Source of the DNA: Felis catus
Lineage: Eukaryota
Assembly: GCF_018350175.1 (NCBI RefSeq)
Contig: NC_058369.1
Span: 28,088,001 to 28,152,000, forward strand
Reading direction: 5' to 3'
DNA: 64,000 nucleotides
Part shown: positions 53,921 to 64,000 of the stretch, piece after piece
Numbering within the stretch: position 1 is the first letter of the stretch
How the letters are laid out: each line of letters opens with the position of its first letter
Notes under the pieces: model-generated
What the model saw: only the letters and a program-made list of their open reading frames with translations
What the model was told of the DNA's origin: nothing
Databases searched by the model: none
Program-made: the position numbers and the translations under genes

Positions 53921-56321
53921 TCCATTTCTTTCAAAAGTAGGGAAGAATTAGCACAAACTATTTGCAAGGGGAGGGGGAGGGGAAGGGAAGAGGGACCAGG
54001 ATGGGGGGGAGGGGTATAAAAGGATATGTTTTAATCTGTATTATTTCCATTTTGTTCCAGGAGACTGGACTCATGGGACAACAGTGAAAAGAGCTGAAAG
54101 GAGATTCAGCTCAAAGGTTTTCGATCTTACACTATTGCAGCCCTGAGGACATGTGTAAAAGCAGAAGGTGGTTTGCTTTTGGTCTGACACTTTCTGACCC
54201 CAGAGATAGAAGTAGCCTATTTGCTGAGATGGAGTTTCCTTGCCATTCACAAAAGTTTAGATTTGTCTCTCAATAACCGACAGACCAATCAGATACAGGC
54301 TTGAATGAAAAAAAAAAAGAGGCAAAGAAAACAGAATAAAGCCAAGGAACATGCATTCATTAACAGCACTCCTGGGGACTTCTAGACAGATTCCTTGTGC
54401 ATTTTTTATTGTGAATGTCACCATTCTCAATGATCAAGAGACTGATGACAGCACTGAGAAAATACGATGCCAAGTCACATTTCAGAGTGTGTGCGTGGGC
54501 TCCAATGGCATTAGCTCACCTAACCAAAGCAGAGAAGAAAATGGTCACAGCAGATACCTTGTCTCAGTTCATTTCTCAACACCTGTTAAACATGATTAAC
54601 AGCCCTGGCTAATTATGTGTTAAGAGCATCTCAGGCTGTAATGGATCCCAGAGGTCTGTGAAGTTGACTTCATTGTCATGTTAGTCTCCTTCCACAAGGT
54701 CTCAAACATCACCAAAATCTATGGAGTATTTTATGAACTCCCACGTGAGTCACTCAGAGCTTCAAATACACCAGCACCTTCCAACAAGGAATAGTGAATG
54801 CCTAAGATGTACATTTGTTCAATAAATAAAGCAGGCAAGGTTTGTATTTTATGGGGCACAAATGGGCCTCTTGTTGCAATTAATAGTGTAAGTCTGCTAA
54901 CCTGTGCGCATTAAATTAATCACTGCATTTTGTGATCTTAGCTGAAAGACGAAACTGCATTTAGGTGGCAGAAAGCACCCAAACCCTCCTCTATCTCACC
55001 TTAAATAAGGCAAAACTGCAAAAATCAGAAACCAAGGAGGTTTCAAGAGAAGATCTTTTATTTGTTTTAATATGTATGAAGCTATTACTATATTAGGTTA
55101 TAAAATTATATGAAAGATACTATATGTAATACATTATGTAATATTAGATTAATATATATTCAGTATTAAATACACACATACACATATCTCACAGACATTA
55201 GCCCAGTCACCGTGGTATATTTCTTACTTCTCTTAAATAGTATTGAACCTTAATAATTTTGAACCCTTCCTAGGGTTCAGCAAAAGTCAGCTAATTAACC
55301 CTTCTCCTTTTCTGGCAGGGGGTAGAGGTGGAAGCAGAAGTTAATTCCTTCTTCATTTCTATTTGCTTAGTCCAGCAAAATAATAAACAAAAAGTAATTC
55401 CATCAACAATCGAGCATGATGGAATACTACATCGCAGTTAAAAACACTGGAGAAGATCTAGAGCTACTGGCAGAGAAGGTGGGCTGTGATACACCAAGTT
55501 CAAAAGAGTAAGCTGCTGAACAAACAGCATACGGCCATCTCAATTTTGTAAAACAGCCGAAGTTAGATTTGTACGCACACAAGAAAGGGTCTGAAAACAT
55601 CCACAAACACAAGGTCTTATAAACAAACTAATTCTGTCTCCCTTAGTCCCAACGGAAAGTAGGAGTCTCAAATGGCCTGCATGGTTTTCACTACCGGAAA
55701 GGGTTTGTTTGCTTGTTTGTCTTTCAGCAACCGCACAGCACAGCCCTTTAGGTCATGTGCCCCAGAGTCAGGCAGCCAAAGCGCTAATCTCACATCTACC
55801 ACTCGCTAGCCAGGCCATCTTGGACAAGTAAGTACATTTTCCTCTGTGCCATTTCCTCATGTGCACAGTGGAGCAAATGGTGCCTCCCTCATCAATTTGT
55901 TGAGGGTAAATGATTTAATAACTGTAGAGCAGCACTTGGTGTAGCAAGTGCCTTGAAAAGTCCCCTCTCCATCATCATTAGCTCAAATCCTCATCTTGTC
56001 TCAGCCATAATGTGAACTTCCCTCATTCACGGCCTTTTCTAATTTGCCAAACATGAAACAGGGGCAAGAACCAGCACAGCCCTGCCCCCTCCCCCTCCTC
56101 CACCCCTGGGAGCCCCAAATAAAATCTTTGGTTTTTACATTCCTGAAACCTTTTCACCCTGTTATAAATCAAGATCAAGGTCATCCAACACCACCTTCTC
56201 TCTAACTTGAGTTAATTCTCAGCTGTGGCCTCAAGGTGACAGTGGTGAGGTGGGTTTTTTCCTGGTGGCTGACAGTTCCATTAGCACATTTGCGGTTTGT
56301 ATTTTTCCCTTCAATATTCTT

Positions 56322-56345
56322 TAAAAATATTTTTTAACCTTTATT

Positions 56346-56407
<62 letters not shown>

Positions 56408-56576
56408 AGTGCGAGTGGGGTAGGGGCAGAGACAGAGAGAGACACAGAATCAGAAACAGGCTCCAGCCTCCGAGCTGTCAGCACAAAGCCTGATGCTGGG
56501 CTCAGACTCACCAACTGTGACATCGTGACCTGAGCTGAAGTCAGACACTCAACTGACTGAGCTACCCAGGTGCCCC
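56322..56576 (-). mobile_element. SINEC with long (GA)n
   Basis: TSD ccttcaatattctt. Confidence 0.95.
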
Positions 56577-56819
56577 TCCCTTCAATATTCTTAATGTTGA
56601 AATTCTTCCTTCTCTAATGTTTTGGTTGTCTATAAATTTCCATATTGTCTATAAATTTCTGTCATTTTCGTGAAACCTAACCACATCTCCACTGTGTACT
56701 AACTGGATCTCAAGAGAGGTACAGTTATCAGGGAGGGTTAGCTTTCTTAAGGATAAGACAGAAATAACAGCACTGACATTTATTTTTCCCTTAGTTTTGA
56801 AATAAATTTGATTTTTTCC

Positions 56820-57890
56820 AGTTATATAATTCAGGCCATTTTATTAAACAAAAAAATAAGTAACAGAGGATAATTAAAACTACCCATAATCCCACTATCA
56901 GTCTTAAAAGTCTGTTATATTTCCTTTGAATCCTTGGAAATGTATATATATGAAGGTTTGGGATCAAGTAGTTTAGAGAACCCTGAATCTTAATTTTTTT
57001 TTAATTTTTTATCCTCTCTTCTCAGGCCACTTTCAATGTGAACTTTCAGTCTGATATGTTTAATTGAAGACCTTTCATTGTGCCTAACTATATACCCATG
57101 ATTACAAATATAAAGGCTTTATTTTGTTTTTAACCGAAAAAAGGTATCATGCTTTACACATTACCTATAACTTGATTTGCTCATTTTATAATATATCATG
57201 TGCAATCCTCCACATCAAATATATATTCTCATTTGTAATCTCATAATCCATGTTACAGACATACCAAAGTCAATTCAACTCATCTCTTACTGATCAAAAT
57301 TTATTTTGCTTCAAATTTTTGCCACTATGGACAATGTTGCAGGGAATAATCTTGTGATTTTGTTTGTATAGAATAAATTTTAAAAGATGAGACTGTTGTG
57401 TCAAAGGCAAAGTATATATTTAACTTAAAATGACATGGCTGGGGCACCTGGGTGGCTCAGTTAAGCATCTCTTGACTTCAGGTCAGGTCACGATCACACG
57501 TTTCATGGGTTCGAGCACCACATCAGGGTCTAAGCTGACAGCATGGAGCCTGCTTGGGAATCTTTCTTTGCCCCTCCCCCACTCATGTGCTCGGTCTCTT
57601 CCTCAAAATAAACTTAAAAAATAAAAATAAAATAAAATGGCCACAATACATACTGCCCCCAACATTTCTCTGCATTCTAACTAACATGGGATGTTATATA
57701 TTTTTCAGTTTTGCCCAAATGGTGGGTAAATATCTTGTTCTTTTACTTAGCAATTCTAAGATTAATTCCTCCCATTTTTACTGGTCATCTCAATTTTTCT
57801 CTTCTGTAATTGCCCATCCATATTCATTGCCCATTTCATTTGAGTGACTTGTTAAAAATCATTTCTTATGGAAGATCTTGACATTTAAGT
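56820..57890 (-). mobile_element. Old L1ME-like 3' fragment interrupted by a SINEC
   Basis: ggtatcatgctttacaca, aaatttttgccactat...acaatgttgca motifs. Confidence 0.55.
57441..57636 (+). mobile_element. SINEC
   Basis: ggggcacctgggtggctcag head and A tail. Confidence 0.9.
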
Positions 57891-58882
57891 GGCTTAACTA
57901 TTGGTCTGTAGCATTCTTTTTTTTTTTTTTTTAACCTGGGTTACTGGTTGCATTTGCATATGGTCAACCACACACATTGGAAGGCTATTGAGGGGAACGT
58001 GTGCTTTGATACATCTCTGTTTCCAACTTGCCTTACACTGCCCTGCTTTGCACATCAGGGTTAATCCCTCTACCCCACATTTTATTACAATTATCTTTCT
58101 TCCTGGTCCCTCCTGTTCTGAAAGTTCTTTCTTTTTCCTATTTTCTGCTCTCCTGATATCACCATTACCTCCATAAAGAACTAAGCTTTCCCACCCCCCC
58201 CCCACCACAGCTCCCCTCTTTTTTTTTTTTTCCAAAGGGAGAATAAAGTTTTGACCAATGACAGTTTTGATGAGAGACTAGAAAAACTGCTTTCCTTCAT
58301 TGGCATTTACAAAATACTGCTCAGTGGTTTGGGACCCATTTGTTTCTACCACCTCCATCCATCTTTGCTTTATGGCTTTTGACTTTTGCTGCTTTAACTC
58401 CACATTCTGTTTTGTTCTACTTCCACTGTTTAGCTGCCAGGTTTAGTCTGGTTTCACTGATTTACTGTATCTAGCCTCATTCTTGCTCTGAATTCTGAAT
58501 CCCGTCCTAGAAAAGGCTGCTTCCTGCTCCTGGATTCACTCACTTATTGACTGAAGTTTAGTTCAATCAGTGAACATTTTATCCTAAGTGGGTTCAATTC
58601 CAGTAGCACAGATGTTTTCTGATAGCTTCAGAAGGTGAAACCCAGAAATTTTAATTATTTTTGCAAAACACTATTAAATAGTGACATAGTCAATTTCATC
58701 CTGTGAACTAGAAACATTTCAACTTAGGAGAAAAATCATGACACAAAATATATATAATTATGTAATAAAGCATTATTTATTTTTATATTAGATATTCTAT
58801 TTATTACTATAGAGAACTTGTACTACTTATGACTTTCTTTTCCAGCATAATTAATGTACAGTGTTATTACTATTAAGCACTA

Positions 58883-59074
58883 TTTTTTAAAATTTTTTAA
58901 TGCTTATTTGAGAGAGAGAGAGACCAAGAGAGACAGAGTGCAAGTGGGGGAAGGACAGAGAGAAAGGGAGACACAGAATCCAAAGCAGGCTCCAGACGTG
59001 GGGCTCGAACCCACAAGCCATGAGATCATGACCTGAGCCGAAGTAAGGGGCCTAACCAAGTGACCCAGGCGCCC
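58883..59074 (-). mobile_element. SINEC
   Basis: Reverse SINE with small internal deletions. Confidence 0.9.
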
Positions 59075-60235
59075 ATCTATTTTGAATCATTATTAAAATA
59101 AAATACCACACAGTCCAGAAAATCAAGTTTTTGAATTTAACTTTCTCCAATTTTTTCCCATTAGTATCAACTCCCTACATTTTGCTTACTTGGGAGATAG
59201 GACAAAATAGTTTTGTTTTTTTTAATAGTAAGGTTGAATAACTAGAATTGGAGGACATTCTGTTAAATCACACCCCCCCGCCCAAGATCTGGGGAAGCAC
59301 CACTTTTGTTCACTATGGGAGAAATCCGAGGGGAAGCAGAGAAACAAGTTCAGAAGCTGTGGCAAAACTTCATTGGTAAGGTGCATTCAGCTGGGAAACA
59401 TAAAAGAAGAGGTCAGAGATCCATTTTAAAGGGTGCACTTACAGGCTTTGCTGGAGAGTTTTTAGGCAGAACAAAGGCATATTTTGACATCTTAAAAGCT
59501 TCTGTGTTTTAACATTTCTGATCAATTATCAGTTTTGCACATTGAAATCTCAACCTCTTTATCCCTGCTAATATGTGGTATGTCATATTTCTTTTGACTG
59601 CAGTGCCCAAATACAACTCCAATTTTCTACGTTCAAGTTCTTCTCATTGTTTACCATATGTCCCAAAGTCTAAACACTGGTAGTGTGAGAATATCCCAAA
59701 GATATAAGTGCGGAAGCCTGACACATGAGGAGAGGACAGTCAATAGATTTGTTAACCCTGAGTGTTTTCCAAAGGAATCAGTTTTGTAAGCCAGCACTGC
59801 AATGCTTGGGATCAAGCAGTTTTCGGATAAGATGTCTGCGTGTCCCCCTACAGAACACCTCCTGTAGAGCTGTTCCCTTTCATAACTGTTCTAAGGTTTT
59901 TGAAGCTCTTCTCATATCTTATCACATTTTAAATATCTAAGAGAATCAATATTTGTCCTTTACAACATTCTAATTTTTTGTTGTTGCTATTGTTGAAGGA
60001 CAATCAATTGTGATTTGCATAAACTCAAGGGCGATTTAAAAGGCAATCACAATAACTAAGATTGAAACTGGCATGTCTTTCCCTGGTGAGGTGTTAGACA
60101 TAGAAATGGCCTTTCATCTCCTAACAGAGAGAAGACTCACGTCTCCAGAACACGGTAGTCTTCTCTTATTTTTTCCCCAAATGGCAATGTATACATGTAT
60201 ACATGTATATATGTGTGTATATGTAAATATATACA

Positions 60236-60286
<51 letters not shown>

Positions 60287-60443
60287 TTACATTTATATAA
60301 TGAAAATCCAATCCCATCATGTGATTCAACATATTGAACCTTATCCATGGTTTTCCATCATGCTAAGGATGCAATCCAAATTGTTCAACATCACTTATAA
60401 GAATCTATGTCAGGGCTCTCCCAGAGACAGCAGATCCAGCCCA

Positions 60444-60695
60444 TTTTTTTTTATACTGAGAGAGAGAGAGAGAGAAAGAGAGTGAGAGAGCAAGACAGAG
60501 AGCAAGAGAGAGAGTGAGAGAGAGAAAGAATGTGAGAGGAGGAGGGGCAGAACAAGAGGGAGACAGATCCCAAGCAGGCTTCACCCTGTCAGCACAGAGC
60601 CCCACATGGGGCTCAATCCCACAAATGGTGAGATCATAACCTGAGCCAAAATCAAGAGTAGGAGGCTTACCTGACTGAGCCACCCAGGCACCCCC
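60444..60695 (-). mobile_element. SINEC
   Basis: Reverse SINE with (GA)-rich tract. Confidence 0.92.
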
Positions 60696-60899
60696 CGATT
60701 TTTAATACAAATATTGTGTGATGCCCTTTCTAATTCCCTGGAATAAGATCTACCAGTAAAATGATTTACCTATGCTCCTCAGGTAGTATCATAACTTTAC
60801 AGTCATTGTAATGCCTCAACATTAATATAAAGGAGAAATCTTAGAATGGAATAAAGTGTGTTCACAGCTCCCATTTCCCTGAACATACATAAGAAAACA

Positions 60900-61144
60900 T
60901 GCAGCCACAACGGGCCCTAGCAGGCATCCCACACCTAGGAGACAAGCCAGCATGAAAGGAGGCAAACCCCGAAGGTGGCACAGCAGAGACACAGAGAACC
61001 CAGGTTCATGGTGACTTCACAGAGCCACCAAATCAACCTATCCTGAAGCCCGTACTCTTCAGATCAAAACCAATACATTGCTTCACAGTTAAACTTTCTG
61101 CATTGGGTTTTCTGCCTATGATATAAAACATCATCACCAATACA
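60900..61144 (+). mobile_element. MLT1J/K-like MaLR LTR fragment
   Basis: gcagagacacagagaacccagg...atcaacct..cctgaagccc...accaatacatt...ttgggttttctg...aataca. Confidence 0.55.
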
Positions 61145-61366
61145 TCCAGCCAACCACAGAGCATGAGGAACAGCGCCAACCCTCTCTCGTCAGATGGTCT
61201 AAAGAGCGTTTATATGATCACCCCAAGAAAATATGAAAATTAGTGTTTTCCTCTGATTTATGGACTTCATAGAAATGATGTGTCAGTGGCAAAACCTAAT
61301 CTAGGTGTTTTGGAACACATATTCACCTGATTATCCCTAAAGTTTAAGATCCAACTTTCCTGATGT

Positions 61367-61591
61367 CTTTTTTTTATTAAAAACATTTTTTTAATGTTTA
61401 TTTTTTGAGAGAGACAGAGTGTGAGCGGGGGAGGGACAGAGAGAGAGAGAGGGAGACACAGAATCCAAAGCAGGTTTCAGGCTCCAAGCTGTCAGCACAG
61501 AGCCCAATGTGGAGCCCGAACTCACAAACTGTGAGATCATGACCTGAGCCAAAGTCAGATGCTAAACTGACTGAGCCACCTAGGCGCCCCC
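61367..61591 (-). mobile_element. SINEC
   Basis: TSD caactttcctgat. Confidence 0.95.
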
Positions 61592-61685
61592 AACTTTCCT
61601 GATTTCTTAAGTGCTTTAACTTGATATATAACATAAGCCTCAGGTCTTTAAGGCAATGCTATCAATATTAATCAAAAATTATTAG

Positions 61686-61811
61686 GGGGAGCCTGGGTGG
61701 CTCCATCAGTTAAGAGTCCAACTCTTGATTTTGGCTCAGGTCATGATCTCACAGTTCATGACATCAAGCCCCACATCAGGCAACACACTGAGAGCAAGGA
61801 GCCTGCTTGAG

Positions 61812-61858
<47 letters not shown>

Positions 61859-61922
61859 CCTTCCTCTGCTCACTCACTTTCTCTCAAAAAATAAATAAAC
61901 ATTAAGAAAAAACTTTAAAAAA
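61686..61922 (+). mobile_element. SINEC
   Basis: Head, long (CT)n, A tail. Confidence 0.93.
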
Positions 61923-64000
61923 AGTTATGAGACCTCAAAACCTCTACCTCCTCCTGCCAGTGCTAGTGCAGCTAATGCAGCTGACCATCAGCCTATCTGA
62001 AGTCTCAAACCAACGTGGATTTTCATGGTCAAGGTGAGAATACTAAAAGCCCTTAATTAACTTCTTATAAGTGAATACCTTTATCCCTTTTTAAGTGTAA
62101 TTTCCTTAATATCATAACAAAATAATTTCCCCCATCCTTTTCTCCTCATTCTTTCCAAAAGGGGAAATAACTACTAAAGTAAACTGACAATGTTACCATT
62201 TATGTCATACTCCTCCCTGCTTTTCCTCTAGATTAGAATTATATTCCATTAACTATAGCAATAAAAGCCAACACTTGTATGGAACCATCTGTATATCTGC
62301 CTTCTCTTCTAAAACACTTTGAAAACACTAACTCCTTTAATCCTATAATAACCCTAGCAGCTTAATTACTATTTTATCTTACTATTTTACCAATGACAAC
62401 ATTGAAGCACAAAGAGGTTAAGTCACTTGGCCAAACTCACACAGCTATAAGCCAAGATTTGAATAGCAGGTCAGTGCTCTTCATCATTAGTGTTTCAATA
62501 CAGGACACGCCAGGAAACAGACTGGCTGAAACTGGAAAACAGGTGTTGGCAATTTTAGACAATGAATCTGCAGGCATCTCAAAGCTTTCAGATGCAGGGA
62601 GATACACACTATTTTACAAAGAGAACAAAGGTAAAGAAAGAGTATTTCCTGAAGATTGGCAAAGCTCAAGTTAGAAACTCATCACTCTACTGTTCTACCT
62701 GGCCACCTTAAGCTTCCACATCCTGAAGCTCTTGCTTTCAAATCAGTCACAATCTCTTGCTCTCGGATGCACTCACGCTTACACATGCACATATGTGCAT
62801 GTGCATATACATAACACTCAGGCACAAACAAGACCAAATACATGAGAGGGAAATGAAATAAAACCAGTGAAGCCAGCCACTTCTCTTTGTTGATCAAATG
62901 TAGCTACAGAGTCAGCAGGGGATAAATATCTTGATGCTTACTTCATGTACAAGTGCTTTGACGAGCACCACAGAGAAGTAACCATTCTGAGGGGGTTGGG
63001 GTGAGTGCTGTAAAATCCAACCCCCTGGTGAATGTCATTTCTAGCGGTGAGTTTTGTTTTTGGGTTTTTTTGTTTTTTTTTTTTTTGGTAGTGCATCTAG
63101 CTCAGCAAACCAAAAATAACTGATCCACAGGTTCTGAAGTTTTCATTAGTAATCACCTTTTGCATTCATAAATAAATCAAAATGCAATTTGAATCCTATC
63201 TTCCCTCTAACTCCCAACATCATAGCAAATATTTTCTGTAATAGACAACAGGCAAGCTAGGGGACCTTCTCAGCTGAGAAGCAAGGACGGAGCCACCTCT
63301 CTGAATTTACCCGCCTCTGTGGCAGAGGCACATGGCTATAGTCAGAATGACAATTGCACATCTCTATCAGGGCCAATGGCAGCTATGTGAAGCACCCACA
63401 TACACCAGGGGATGGAAAATATTATCCTTCAGGAGAGGTGAATGCAGGGCTGAGCATGGAGGTGAATGTGGACATTAAGCTCAATTATGAACAGTGACTG
63501 GCACTGATAGAAAAGCAACTTTTTAATTCCTTACCAGCAGAAAATACTAGAAAGGGGATAAAATAACATCAAGACCTCTGCCAAAGATAAATGATCTTCC
63601 TCTCCAGGGTTTAGTCACATCAACTCAACCCTATGGTGCTCGCCCACTCTGTGCCTCCATCACTTAGAGATTAAAACAAAACCCAAGAAGCCAACAGGCA
63701 ATCATTTTTTCTGTTACTGAAAGTAGTTCTCAGAATTTTAATATATTCATTCTCTTTTTTTTAATTAGGTGAAATCTATTTAATAAAGCAAGAAAGTCCT
63801 CAAAGAGGTCACAGATTTATCATGATGTTAAAAGTCATAAAATTATAGTTTTAGGCTAAGTAGTTAAATCCAAATTACACACCACCCCATTAATTTTATA
63901 ATCAATAGAGATTAAAGGAAATGAGGAAGTAAATGATAGGATCTGAGCTTAAATCAAATCAATACATACTAATTCGTATCTATTACGTTCAGCATGCCAT

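Noticed and set aside
53967..54022. G-rich boxes followed by TATAAAAG
   Set aside because: No other promoter support; probably a G-rich old L1 3' remnant next to the Tigger
1..64000. CRISPR arrays, operons or other prokaryote-type systems; host gene name
   Set aside because: The DNA is mammalian with no such structures; no coding exon or recognisable UTR allows a gene symbol

Overview
Mammalian (cat-family) genomic DNA. It carries about 25 tRNA-derived carnivore SINEs, several matching the felid SINEC_Fc type, plus L1 3' fragments, ERVL/MaLR solo LTRs, hAT and Tigger DNA-transposon relics, MIR/L2 relics and microsatellites. I find no credible protein-coding exon: the ORF track is explained by repeats, low-complexity DNA or chance. 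The window looks like the interior of a long minus-strand transcription unit. The two best-preserved L1s lie on +, i.e. antisense to such a host, and several repeat-free segments are bounded by good minus-strand splice sites (best at 21406-21556 and 15692-15994; weaker at 4711-5068, 23296-23353 and 28036-28110). These look like 5'UTR or lncRNA exons. I could not identify the host gene. The best leads are hairpin- and uORF-containing putative exons, an AG|GTGAG recursive-splice-like site, a local ~175 bp sequence copied into an LTR, and inverted SINE pairs. I see no convincing novel biological system. Repeat family names come from recalled consensus sequences, and repeat boundaries are approximate.
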